DNA from: Hormiphora californensis | Lineage: Eukaryota > Animalia > Ctenophora | Reading direction: 5' to 3' | Assembly (NCBI GenBank): GCA_020137815.1 | Contig: CM035354.1 | Location: 744,001-808,000 of the forward strand | Length of the DNA: 64,000 nucleotides | Shown: positions 1-12,530 of the stretch, one piece after another | Numbering within the stretch: position 1 is the stretch's first letter | Layout: each line of letters begins with the position of its first letter | The notes under the pieces: generated by a model | What the model was told of the DNA's origin: nothing | Seen by the model: only the letters and a program-made list of their open reading frames with translations | Databases searched by the model: none | Position numbers and translations under genes: made by a program

Positions 1-35
1 TAATATCCAATCTATCCCAATCTCATCTCCCCAGC

Positions 36-3000
36 AGGCCAGGCGTCTCCACAGCCCGCAGCGTTGCAAGTGAGGACATATTCGGGGGAGCATTAGAGAA
101 ACCCAGAACTCCCCAAAAGAGGCCCTCTGTCCAAGAGGATGATGATATCTTTAGGGTGGATAATAACAAACCATCACCCGCACTGGCTGACATGTTTAGG
201 TAACTAGGTGTAACTAGGTGTAACTAGGTGTAACTAGGTGTGTTAATTAGCTATTGTTGATATTAAATATTAATATCATGTCCCCCTCCTAGAGCGACTG
301 CAACCCCTGAGCGTGTTTCTACACCTCCCCAGGCGAGACCCCAAACCCAGGACCGACCACACACCCAGGCTGGTGAGTCAGAGAATTGGCCTGACAGAGT
401 TAGAGTGTGTGTTCTATTAAACTGCAGTATATCTGTGTGTGCTGTTCACGATGGATTGAAAGCATTCTTGATCAACACAGTTCTTGTAGTATCACACAGT
501 GCTTGTCTCGTGACATGCTGCACCACAACACGTCAATATGACATGTCACAAACACTCTCTCCTTCTCTTACTATCCTCTCTTTCTTGTCAGGTGGCGGTG
601 ACCTGCCTTCAAGTCGTCCTCCCTCCGCTGGGAGGAGAGCCAACACCGCTCCAAGGTAAAAACTTTAACATGTGTGTTTACTGTTTAGTAGAGTAAGACA
701 CTACTTTGTATTTCGACACATCACATATTGTGGTTCACAGCAACTCTCAACTCAGGTCCACTGCGGGAGGTGATGGAGTGCTGACACCACAACGCAGAAA
801 TTCTGAATCCGACAGTATTTTCGGTGACGACACACCTGTGAACAAGACATCGTTGCCATGGGAACAACCAGCGGTAGCAACGCCCCCCACAACCAACCAA
901 CAGGTATGGAAGGCGCGGTGTGGGTGGTCTGTGGAAAGTAGCGTTGTCAGCACTGTATCGATCCGTGCGCGCGACAGTGGCTGGATATTCAAACCTGCCG
1001 CAGGTGGTTGAATCCCTTACTCAACATCATAACAAGCCGCAGGTGGTTAAACAGAAAAACTGCAGTGACAGTCACGGCCGCACGGCGCACAGTGACAAAA
1101 ACCAATAATTTGGCCAAAAACACAAAATCATGAACAATTAATTAACAGCCATCATTCTAGATAGTTTCCGGGGGTGAGACGACCAGAAATCCTGTCCTTG
1201 AGTTGAGAGTGGCCGACCTGGAAAAACAGAAGAAACAACTCGAGGAGGATCTGGAAGATTTACGGAAGAAATCTGCAGAGGAGGAAGGGAAGTTGTTGAA
1301 AGATAAGAATGAACTGAGAGAAAAGTTGGAGAGAGTTGAGGGCTCTCTATCTGATCGAGACTCAGAAATCGAAAATCTCCGAAAAAGGTAATGAATTGAG
1401 CCACTGAGTAGATGGGTAGTTCTTGTCTCTGAACATGGGTTGAAAATATGTCGTTTCAGTCTACTCTGTTTATTATGACCTGGCTCTGCTTACAAGTCCC
1501 TAGTAACATATGTAGAGTCAGGCGATAGAGAAGTTAAATGAATTCATTATTCATTCGATGTCACTATCAGCCGTGTTAAGTTTCTTGGGTCAGGCCAATG
1601 CTGAATGCTCTGACTGAAAATATGAGTTATGTGAAATCATGTGGCCACGGGCCAGAATTATATGACATATCATTAGGTTATCTTACTCCCAACGAAAACG
1701 GAAATAATATGGCCACGCAACTGCAATTCCTCGTACTATTTCAGTTTGAAGACGGCTGAGTCTGAGTTACGTGATGTTGAGGACCGTGTAGCGACTAAAC
1801 ACCGTACCGAGTTAGACCAACAGGCCAAGAGACATTCTGAAACGATAGACAGGTTGAACTTGATCATATCGGAGAAGGAAAATATCATACAAACAGAGAT
1901 ACGGGGTGCCAGTAAACGGTAAGTATTTGGGTTATAGTGGTGACTGGGGTGACTATTTCTAATTTTACTTACTGGAGGAAGTTTCATTACTACTAAAACA
2001 ACTGTAATTCAGATCACAGTTTGAATCCCTAACAACACTAAACCAGATTGCAAGAGAAGGAGGAGAGAGCGCTGGAGGAACAGAGGAATCTAGTGAAGCA
2101 ATGGGAGGGAAGAGTAGCCGAGACAGAGGCCATGTACCGGAACAAACTTGTTACCATGGAAACAGATAATCGAACCGCCATTGAGGCGATGAGACAGGTT
2201 AGTTACTGCAGTGGACCCCCCCCCCCCCAAAAACCCAAGTTTTTGTGCACATTATATAGGGCAGTCTTCTGCCCGGTTCGGAGAGGGCAGTTTTGAGGCA
2301 AATAACAAAACACGTTTTCCCCAGCGACACGAAGAGGACATTGAGGAGCAAAGAAAAACCAGGAAAGAAGAATTGTGTGCTGTGCTAAGTGTATCCCGGA
2401 CCTCTGAGTCATTGGAGCGCCTCACAGAGAGGGTGAATTTGAGCGCTGAGGAAGTCGGGAATCTGACAGCTAAACTGGATCTAACAAGGTGAGGAAGAAG
2501 TCATCTTGTTCAAAGGAAATCAGGCCTAAGTTTAACTCATCGGTAATGATGGGGTTGTACTATAATACTCCACCCTAATTTTTTAGATCTGTGACACTAG
2601 AAGAAAGGGAGCGGGCTGCAAAGGTAATGAGTGAATATCTGCACGACCTGAAAATAAATCTGGACAAACAGAGCAGAGAGATATCAGAGGAACGCACCCG
2701 ACTTCAGGTATAGAACACCGCTACAAAGATCACCCCCACTATTTAAACCGCCCAATGCCCGTCCCCCGGTAGTCCGGTACAAATCGACCCTAGCAATAAA
2801 AGTTTGATAATCAAACTAGTACAATTGTTAACATTCTTCCCCCCCCCCCTGAACATTGGTTGTGTAGAGGGGTAATTTCATCTCCCCCCTGAACAGGAGA
2901 TTGTTGGAAAGATGGAGTCCCATCTCCGGGAACAAACGAGAATGAGCAGTGCCGCTCAGAACCGGTTGTTATCAGAGGAGACGAGATTGAGGTCCCTACA

Positions 3001-4847
3001 GGCCGCCTGGGCAGCAGACAAGGTGGAGGAGGAAAGGAAGTTGGAGCAGGCAAGGGAACAGTTGGAGAGACAGAGAGAGGCCATGATATCGGAACAGAGA
3101 CAGAATATGGAAAAGTTGTATCTGGAGAGAAAGGAAATCACGAAGGAGAGAAGTAGGGTAGCGTGTGAGTCACAACGGGCAACGGAACAAGTTGCCAGAG
3201 GTAATTGATATTGTTGGAAAACTTCAAAGTTGGAGTTTTCATATGTGTTTCTACATAATTGTTTCTATCTAGTTCTACTAGTTCTATACTAGTTCTATTA
3301 ATTATAGTTCTACTAGTTCTATACTAGTTCTACTACTTGTCAGGAGCCATGAAACAGCTGGATACAGAGGCACAAGCTAACGCCATGCTAGATAAAGCTA
3401 AGCGTGATGTCAGTAAGATTCAGGCAGAGAGGGACGTGTGGGATAAGGAGCAACAAACACGACAGATATTTGTGGAGTCACTGCAGAAGGAAAAGAAGGA
3501 ACTGAAGAGCGAGAAAAAGAGGTAACTATACACTGTGTTACTTGTGTCTTGTGTCGTTGGTTCCGTAGACGTTGAGCGAGAAGAGAGCATGCTGCCATGC
3601 TTTATTACACCATGTAATCTCAACTCACAATTCAATATGGTGACGTGCTGAATCAAGAAACACTTGTTATTTTCTAACCCTCCTTACGAAATGGGGTCGA
3701 CTAAACACCCCACCTCAGGTTGGCAGACCTAGCAGAGAAGTTAACGACACGAGCCAAGGAGACTGAAGGGTACAGTGAGGCGCTAGTGAGGGCCAAACAG
3801 GAGTGTGTCACTGTCCAGAAACAACTGGCACGACTTGAGGCTGATCTGAGGATGAGAGAGGACGAAATTAACCTAAAAGAGAAATCACTCAAGGTAACAT
3901 ACTCCAAGGTGTTTCTGGAGCCTGATCGGACTCTAGAGCAGAGGGTTGAGAGAAAGAGAACATTAAAGACATTGAGTGAGTTGAGAAGGTCGCATCCTGA
4001 GGGACGCTATGTGATTAGGGGTGGAGTAATACAGTGTGTGTAGGACTCTGGGTGTCGCCTGTCATAGCGGGATTATTCCTGTGTTGGCGAAGCCCTTGAA
4101 TGAGTGTTTGAAATATTTGAACTTTCATTGTTTTCCGTACTCATTCTAAATGTTGACCCCGATAAACATAGTAGTGAAGTGACAGTAGTGCCGTCATAGA
4201 TATAGTGACGTCACAACTCCTCCAGAATGAGTCAGTGAAGTCTAAAAACAGTGTATCTTAACATGGCAAAATCCCCCCACGCAGGATAGAGCTGCAGGAC
4301 TTGCTGCAGAGAAGGAGCTACTCCGCTCTGACAGAGAGGGACTGAACTCTCAGGCTGTTGAGTGCCCGGCCTGCCAGAAATACAGACCACGGAAAGTACC
4401 AAGCAGCCCACAGCGGGTCCCTAGTCCCCAGAGACAGATTAGCCCGATAAAGTCACCAGGAGGAGGAGGTGTTCACTTTGGGATGAGTCCTCTTAGCCCC
4501 CTGAACCTGAGTAACCTTAGTTATGGATCTGTTATTGGTGCCACAAGGTAAGAGAGTTGTAGTGTATTTCAACCCTTCCCCATATTATACATTGTACATC
4601 CCAGTTCCCACCCCTTTGAGTTCTTACCCCCTCTCCCACCCCTTGCCCCTTACTCAACAACTCTGACCCATGATCTAAAACAACCCAATTCCCCAGGTAC
4701 AATTATCCAAGTTCATCCGTGGTAGAACTAACGGGCAGCCTCCAGCGATTCTCGGCCCTCTCCCAACAGGACAATCAAACTCTCAAAAACCAGTTAGATA
4801 AGATAAACCGGTTCCGTGAAATCGACCGAAAAATTGTAGCTTCGTGA
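36..4847 (+). CDS. FBF1: Fas-binding factor 1-like coiled-coil ciliary/centriolar protein, 5'-partial, about 14 exons
   Basis: GT-AG exons (e.g. 1745-1918, 2048-2197, 2324-2488, 2897-3200, 3344-3521, 3719-3892, 4697-4847) encode a long coiled coil. EERTRLQEIVGKMESHLREQTR...EQLERQREAMISEQRQNMEKLYLERKEI resembles human FBF1 (EERSRQQEVIGKMEARLNEQSR...AELERAKSALLEEQKSVM) as recalled. Confidence 0.75.
3893..4043 (+). mobile_element. LINE ORF1 C-terminal fragment inside an FBF1 intron
   Basis: KVFLEPDRTLEQRVERKRTLKTLSELRRSHPEGRYVIRGGVI fits the VFIxPDxTxxxRxxxKxL...IRxGxI pattern typical of CR1/L2-type ORF1 ends. Confidence 0.55.
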
Positions 4848-4895
4848 TATCGATCAAATGACTGATTTGGTTTATTTTATTGTGTGATTGTTGTA

Positions 4896-6098
4896 CAGGG
4901 TGTCCCACTGTCTTTGCATCACCTGCGATTTTGGGTCATGACCGGGCTCCATTAAACTAACCAAAACTGATCGAAAAATTGGTCAAAATGGTTCTAACAA
5001 AAACCAGTGTTCTGGAGAATTGTCTGGCGAACATTTTGGTTGCAAGATTGACTTTCCAAGTCTTACCAATCGTCAGATATATCGTCGTAAAGTCAAAATT
5101 ACGTGTTCATGAAATCCGACCGGGGTTCACGTTTTGAAAAATTCACAAGTGCAAAGTTGCTCGGATCACATTGCATCCCTCATAAGAGTTGTAGGAAATT
5201 GTCTGGCGGTCATTTTGGTACCCGGGTTTTTATCCTAGCTCAATGTTTAGAATGTCTTATGACTGTCAGAACTGGAATTTTCCCAAAAGTGGTCTCAGGT
5301 ATCGCATTGCATTTTGCCCTGTTATGAAGCTCATAGCTGTTTGAATAACATCTTAGTGCATGATAGGGTTGAGATAGACCACTTGCGTATCCTACACATT
5401 AACAGGGGCCTTGCCAAATCGTCATAACAACCCTGTCAAGTGTCTAGATGAAATTGAGACGATATGTGCTGATTATTATGGGATTACACACGACACCGAG
5501 CCACCTAATTAGGGGTTGTGAGCCGATACCAACTAATACTTAGCATAGAAAAATCTTCATGTTCCTACAGTCATAACGCAACTTAAACGTAGAGCTATGG
5601 AAAAAACCATGGTATCAAGATGAACCTTAGACGATTCCAATGAAGCTCTTGTAAATTTCAAATCATTTTACCCATTTGTTGATGACACGTGATCCCCTCA
5701 AAAATGCTGGTTGAATTTCGTCTTTAGACAGTCATAAGACACTCTAAACATTGAGTTAGGACAAAAACCCAGGTACCAAAATGACCGCCAGACAATTTCC
5801 TACAACTCTTATGAGGGATGCAATGTGATCCGAGCAACTTTGCACTTGTGAATTTTTCAAAACGTGAACCCCGGTCGGATTTCATGAACACGTAAATTTG
5901 ACTTTACGACGATATATCTGACGATTGGTAAGACTTGGAAAGTCAATCTTGCAACCAAAATGTTCGCCCGACAATTCTCTAGAACACTGGTTTTTGTTAG
6001 AACCATTTTGACCAATTTTTCGATCAGTTTTGGTTAGTTTAATGGAGCCCGGTCATGACCCAAAATCGCAGGTGATGCAAAGACAGTGGGACACCCTG
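4896..6098. mobile_element. Non-autonomous Tc1/mariner-superfamily element with ~370-bp TIRs
   Basis: TA|CAGGGTGTCCCACTGTC...GACAGTGGGACACCCTG|TA; arms ~4896-5265 and ~5727-6098 are reverse complements; no transposase ORF. Confidence 0.9.
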
Positions 6099-6734
6099 TA
6101 TATCAGAGAAGGTGTAAATAGTTTGTATAGGGAAATAGTCTCTTAATTTAACTACTGTGTTTTGCTTTTCCTGGCTTGGACCCAGCTAAACTTTACTTTT
6201 TTAATGACTTGTGAAGTGGGTCGGTACCTGTACTTCCGGTGCTGGAGCGCTCCTCTCTCTCGGTATTCCTGCACGGACGTCCCTACCTGCGCGCATGTTG
6301 GCTAATAGTGACCCCGCGCGTTACAGCTATGTAGTGGGATTTGTGTGACTAATGGTGGCACAACTGTCAGCGGCCAAACTTTCTCAAGGCTTCCTTGGAA
6401 TAAGGAATGTTCTTAACTGTTTAGTTAACGGAAGACGGAAGCTACATAACAACGTTTATTTCTGTGAAAAAGAAAAAAGGCTATAAACAAAACATGTTAC
6501 AATCAAAAACAAATGTGGCACCATTATATGGATGCAAAATTCCCGATAGGAAAATGAAATTCAGTCTCTCATCAACTCTTCTTCTCATACTAATACTGTC
6601 TCTCGATTTATATAGAAAAGGATCGCAACTCGTATCAGAAACAACTTCGTAAACCAAACATCTCCTCACGATATCTCTAATATCTCTATCGTATCTCTCT
6701 AATCTCTCTAGAAAATCTCCTCGCCCTCGTCCCA

Positions 6735-8907
6735 TTATTGTTCAACATGGACGGATAGCGAGTCATTATGTTCCTTTGGCTGGGGTCTAAAATATTTGAG
6801 TGCCAGTTTGGCCGTCTGTACAACAGTTAACCGGAGGGTATATTGAAGGATGACGGCAGATAGACCTTTCCACAGACTTGTCACCCCTTCCTCGTCAATT
6901 AGGGCCTCTATACATTGTTGGGCAGTACTGTAGCTGGAGAGGTATGGGAAGACGTGTCGAGCATCAAGGACGTTATCCACTATAGCTCGGGAACCCTGGG
7001 TGGGAGAGGTGGTTAGAATTAGTTGGATTTATTTGGAATATACTGAGAGATACGTTGGCCCAACGTCGTCGGGGGCGAATTGGTCACGTTGGACAAGTTC
7101 GTGGGATAATGTGGTCAGATTACTGATTACTCATCTTTGTTGCTAATTACCTGTAAGTGTAATCGGTTCATGATAATCTCCAGTGGTAGAAGTGTTATAT
7201 CTGCTACAAAACAGTGCAGGGTGCCCGCTAAAAGTTCTGGCCACACACTATCCATCTGACATAACAGGATATATGTTAACAATTCATCCACCCGGCATAG
7301 GGTCTAAATTGGTCATGCAATAACCCCTTGCTGCCGCGCTACGCATGCGAAAGGACAGGGTAAAGTCGGATTTTTTGAAGTCGTCACCCCAAAATGACCG
7401 CGCATGTGAAATTTGTGATGTGACGCACAAAAACATTCCGTGCACGAAAAGGGGGATGACAACTTCAAAAAATCCGGCTTTAGCTACGTCCCAGCTAAGC
7501 TACCAAGGCTCTAGACAAGGAGTAGTCAAGAGGCGGGGGGCACTACCAGGACTTACCAATGTGTTCTTTGCTTGTAGCTTTCCCTGTCTGTCTTGTCGCA
7601 TTCTATAAACTTTTAACACTCCCGAGTGAACCAAATTACTGATTAGATCCCAACAGAGGGTATAGACAACTGAGAGAGAGAGAGAGAGGCAATTAATTAA
7701 TTAATTAGATAGCTAATTAATGAATGGCACTACCCGCATCCCAAAATATTCGACAGCTTTTGTGCAAGGAAAAAGCATTGAATACAAAAGTAAAACCCAA
7801 CAAAACCCTGTCACTCACGAGTTGGTAGGATAAGCTGGTGCATTGGTAACAAGTGTCGATGATGGTACCCACTGCCCCTCCCAAACAACCGCAACACAGC
7901 CTCCTTTAAACACGACATGGGTGTAGCTATTTCAGCTCGTGCACTCTCACTCTGTACCGTCTCCAGCAGCACAGCCGACAAGACAGGAAGAGTTAGTATG
8001 GTTGACATAGTCTTGAGAGTTGTGTAACCTATTAGCCGGCCTGGTCCCTCAGATAGTGATGGCAGCTCCTTGGGAAGCCCAGTCACATGACTTATACAAG
8101 CCTCAGAAGATAGTTGTATACCCTCCAGCATTAGGTGACACGTGAATCCTTTCCAGAGCGCTGCACCACCCTGTCTGCTTTGAATCTGGTATACATGCCT
8201 TCAGCATTAGTAAGGGTGAGAGATCCCGGGCCCGGACATCCCACATTTAGCTGGCATTGTCGACGGAGAATCAGGAATGGGTATCCAAGGAATGTCTCAC
8301 CAGACAGACACACTAACCCAGCACCAAACCCCGTGGCACTCTGCAGTTGGATCTCTTCGTAGGTCTGGAGGGGATTTTAATTAGTTTTGGACATGTTTAA
8401 ACTGTGTAATGAACAGTAATTGGTAGAGAGAGGAGAACTATTTGAACTACTTGAACCTAACATATTTTGACCTGGCATAACATGTTAGAATATGCATTGG
8501 AGGACAGAAATGTGTCACAAACCTGGTGTGATGTACTGTCTGCAAATGTACTGATGATGTCCACTTGAGATGAATTTGAGGGGGAACGGGTCCCACCGGG
8601 TCGTGGGTATTCACTCTTCATATACTTTTCGTATGAATACTGAGGTGGAGGAAATTAATTAATTATAATACACTTCCAAAGAGAAGATGGGGGTCAAAAA
8701 TGATACTTTTTGAGGCTTAGTATATGTTAAAATGGAGAGTTAACATTAAATTAAATCAATAAAACCTACCGCTGTCTCATCTTGGTAGTCGGGTGTTGGT
8801 TCTGTGTCATAGTTTGGGTTGTCCTGGTTATTTGGCTCTCTCCGTTTCCTAGAGACTGGGGGTAGTGGAACACCACTAAGCGGCTCATAAACAGCCTTGT
8901 CAGACAT
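6735..8907 (-). CDS. SLC25A46: Mitochondrial outer-membrane carrier-like protein SLC25A46 (6 exons; one apparent frameshift near 8200)
   Basis: YPFLILRRQCQ, QGGAALWKG, LLETVQSE, LLPMHQLILPT, PLEIIMNRLHLQG, EEGVTSLWKGLSAVILQYTL match SLC25A46 motifs. Exons approx 8907-8770, 8639-8523, 8364-7819, 7670-7557, 7255-7151, 6995-6735. Confidence 0.9.
7361..7482. repeat. Small intronic inverted repeat, probable MITE remnant
   Basis: taaagtcggattttttgaagtcgtcacccc pairs with gggatgacaacttcaaaaaatccggcttta. Confidence 0.55.
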
Positions 8908-9286
8908 CAGTTAGCCATATGTAGAGTCTAGTGTGAATACATTCAATATTAGTACAAATATTTATGGAGTACACATCTGGGTTAGAGATGGGTTATTTCG
9001 AGGATCGGGGGTATAACACAAAAAGCACGGACATGGTCTTGAATAACATTGGCACATTGTATTGTACACATGTGTGTCCCCAGAATATAATGTGAAATCT
9101 ACAAACTGTAAAATATTTACACAAACACTTGTTATGTTCTAACCCTCCTTTACATTTGTGAGACAGGGCCGAACAAGGTAAACAATCACACTGTTCCCAG
9201 CTACTTCTAACAGATCTGTCTAGCTCCCTCTCGACCCGCAGAGGTTGAGCACCAAGTGAAACTGTAATCACTAAATAAAAGTGTTT

Positions 9287-10244
9287 TTAGTAGAACTTGA
9301 CTCCCGCATCAGAGAAATCCTCGCTCTCTCCCATCATGAGTTCTGCTTTCCCCTCCTTACCTAACATCGTTATCACGTGCTGTAACAGCCACACATCTGG
9401 GGAGGGGGTAGGAGGTAGAAGAGGGCTCTAATGACGGGGGAGGAGGTATTAGGGGGCTCTAATGGCTGGGGGAGGAGGTATTAGGGGGCTCTAATGGCTG
9501 GGGGAGGAGGTATTAGAGGGCTCTAATGGCTGGGGGATGAGGTATTAGGGGGCTCTAATGGCGGAGGGGTGATATGATAGTGTCGGATTTTGAATTCTTG
9601 ATTTTGAATTCCTATCACTGATATGAAGACTGTGTTTCTTGTTTCTCCCTATCCCAGGACCCAGGGGTAGTACCTGCCCCCACCCGGTACCCTTACTTAC
9701 CCATGCCATAGAAAGGTTGACCCTCCGTGTCATCCCCAGAATGGATTTCAAACAGGGTCAGCACTGTCCCAGTTAGACCTCTCTCTGACACCCAGCCGTG
9801 TATAAGTGATCCCCATTGTGCCACACTCTTCCACAGAACAAAACACCGCTCACCCTCCATGATACCTTGGCCCTGGGGGAGATTCACTGTGTTGGTAAAG
9901 GAAGAGATCGTATGACAGTGTTAGCAAGCGTCCGCGCCCTGAGCCAATCCCAGGCGAAGAAACACAATTGGGGCTGCCAGCCATTTTTTGTTAACCCCCA
10001 ATTTCATTACCTGATCACACAAATCCTGTAGGACAACCCTCTGGGCGGCCGGTGATAGTCTCCTACTGATTTTACCATTCTCAAACACAGCTCCATCCAC
10101 CTCCCATTTACTGTGGTGCTGATGGTAATCACAGATGAGGTTTCTCCAGCTGGCCAGTTGCTGCTCTTTAGTCTTTACTATTGGTTGAATGGTGAAGAAG
10201 GGAGGGAAGCTGTACTGCCATGGCCACTCAAACTCTGTTCCCAT
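9287..10244 (-). CDS. VPS25: ESCRT-II subunit VPS25 (3 exons)
   Basis: FEWPWQYSFPPFFTIQP N-terminus, QQLASWRNLICDY, TVLTLFEIHSGDDT, and C-terminal GKAELMMG...GVKFY*. Exons approx 10244-10011, 9872-9700, 9396-9287. Confidence 0.95.
9420..9560. repeat. 31-bp minisatellite in VPS25 intron 2
   Basis: About 4.5 copies of ggggctctaatggctgggggaggaggtatta; on the gene strand each reads CTAAT...cctcccc(c)CAG. Confidence 0.85.
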
Positions 10245-10567
10245 GGCTACTACTAATTAGTGGTGGTTACTGGTTAGATCAACACACTGGCAAGCCTAGC
10301 TCCCCCCCCCCCCCGCACCGGGTGGTTTCAGTGAAATAAAATACATGTACGATAAACGATAAACATTTAAAATAAACAGTTCACAAATAATACACACACA
10401 ATAAATAAAACTTGAAATGTTAATTCTTTATAAAAAACGTGCTGTTGTGAAAACATTTTTGGGATTTTTTTATCGAAAATATAAAATAAATAATTTACAG
10501 CAAGAAAGTACAGTCGGACACCGATTTACCGGAATGCTCGGGGGAAAGGGTTTTGTCTATAATACTT

Positions 10568-11182
10568 TCAGTAGTGTTTATATTTCTTCATATTGTTCAT
10601 ACATTCTTCATATGAAGGGGGCTGTTCCTTGGTCCCTCTATTATCATAATCTGGAGGGGTTTGCCTTGCTCGACCCTGTTTCCCCGCAGTGTGGTGGTCT
10701 CCCGGGGGACTTCCTGATACAGATAATGGTGGTGCTGAAGGAACAAGATTGGATGGATCTACAGCTGGTGAAGGATTTAATGTTGTATCAGGAGAGTTGT
10801 CAGTAATCACAACACCTGCTGACTCAGATCCTAGTGGGTTGTAACTAATTGATCCACCCAACTCAGCGGGCGATATAGCAGTCCTGATACAGGCTGAGTT
10901 TGAAGGAGAACTATCTAGCTGAGAGCCATTTACAGATTGATGGTTGTAAGATGCTGCCGGTTGTGTAGCAGGTGTAATTATTCTATACTGGTTAGATGAC
11001 GTCATTCTAGTGACGTCACTGTTTGAAGTTTCATCATCATCATTTAGGTGCAGATCAATAGTCCGTAGTAATAGAGGAGGGGAATCATTCTCAGGGACCT
11101 CAACCACAAATCGTTCCTGTCTCCGTGGATCTTCCTCCTGATCACTTTCAAAACACTTGAAATACAGGTTGAAACAAAACAT
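10568..11182 (-). CDS. Intronless 204-aa low-complexity protein with PSAP and two PPxY motifs
   Basis: Uninterrupted ORF, in-frame stop just upstream of the ATG; Cys/aromatic N-terminus MFCFNLYFKCF; PSAPP, PPDY and PPSY near the C-terminus. Confidence 0.65.
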   Translation of the reverse strand: MFCFNLYFKCFESDQEEDPRRQERFVVEVPENDSPPLLLRTIDLHLNDDDETSNSDVTRMTSSNQYRIITPATQPAASYNHQSVNGSQLDSSPSNSACIRTAISPAELGGSISYNPLGSESAGVVITDNSPDTTLNPSPAVDPSNLVPSAPPLSVSGSPPGDHHTAGKQGRARQTPPDYDNRGTKEQPPSYEECMNNMKKYKHY

Positions 11183-11427
11183 GCTCTATCTACTAGTACT
11201 GCACCATATCCGTTATAACTAATGGAGTTTGGCTCAAGGAGGCGTGGAGCTTGGAGAACGCTTGAAAGAGATATAACACAACTTGATGTTTAAAATAAAA
11301 ATCATAACAAAAATCAACAACAAAAAACTAAAATCAAAATTTACACAGTAAGTTGAGAACACCTCTCATAACATACCTCTCAGAAAACATTTCTTAATTA
11401 CAGTATCAACTGTACACAGTTATACTA

Positions 11428-11700
11428 TCAATGAGAAACCTCTCTACACGACTGTTCAAAGGAGTGAAACATGCCAATACCCATATTACATACCCTCTCC
11501 TCCACACCACCTTTCCCATCAGCCAAACTAAACTGTCCCCTAACAAACGGAGTTCCATCTCTAATTCGAACAGAGAATGAACTGTCTAGAAGGATTCCCC
11601 TTTTGTTGACGGTTGGTGGGATATTTCTTAACTCTTCCATCAAGATGTCGTGCAGCTGAAGTGGAAGAAGTGTAAAAGGGGGTGAAGGGAGAGAGATAGA

Positions 11701-11746
<46 letters not shown>

Positions 11747-12356
11747 CTCAGAGTTAAAAAGAAGGATATAATCGTAGTTGATACCAACCTGTTGAGAGCA
11801 AAGCAGTGAATTCTTCAGTTTCCTATCTGTAAGATCAATATTCTCCCTGCTTCTCAGTAGAAATTCAACTATCTGGGTGTAGCAAATCTTTACTCGAGCC
11901 ACATTGCATATATCTGATGGGAAATCTTCGTTTGAAACTGACGACCTAGCGAAACAATTGTATTTCTTTAAACACTCGTGTTTCGATTAGTTTAGACTGA
12001 TGTATTTATATATTACACCAAAACTAATTGAAATTAGTAGGCCGGAAAGGGGGGGGGAATGGCAACCTTTGCGCTTGCCCAGCGCAGTGATTGAAGACTA
12101 GTGACTACTCTATTTACCATTCACAATCCTCTCAGAGATTTGGAATCAGTAAATACTGGTCCCTGATTGGCTGATAACCAGTCACGTGACCTAAATAACG
12201 AGTTCTGATTGGTTGTTTACTCTATATTTATTTACCATTCACAATCCTCTCAGAGATTTGGAGAGGAATTTTGTTTTGTAGAAAAAGGGAGACAGCAGAA
12301 ATTACAGCAACTTGTTTTTCAGCATCTAGCTTGTTGAGACTCCCTAACACATCCAT
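11428..12356 (-). CDS. COMMD6: COMM-domain protein, COMMD6-like (3 exons, ~165 aa)
   Basis: Exons 12356-12236, 11937-11789, 11655-11428 splice in frame. C-terminus GILLD...PFVRGQFSLADGKGGVEERVCNMGIGMFHSFEQSCREV resembles COMMD6 (PYVAVMLKVADHSGQVKTKCFEMTIPQFQNFYRQFKEI, recalled). Confidence 0.7.
12143..12221. mobile_element. TIR-less core of the ~110-bp hAT MITE family, in COMMD6-like intron 1
   Basis: Near-identical to the interiors of 42720-42828 and 45581-45689. Confidence 0.85.
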
Positions 12357-12530
12357 GGCACTACTGACGAAATATATATTGAAAGTGAGATCGTTACTTT
12401 AACTAGGAGAGAGCATGTGAACAGAGTTATCTGATCAATAACTGATAAACAACACTGATTTGGGTTTAATCATTAAAGCAGCAGGGATTTTCTTGAAAAA
12501 TTATCTGGATACAGGAATAAAGCTGAACAC

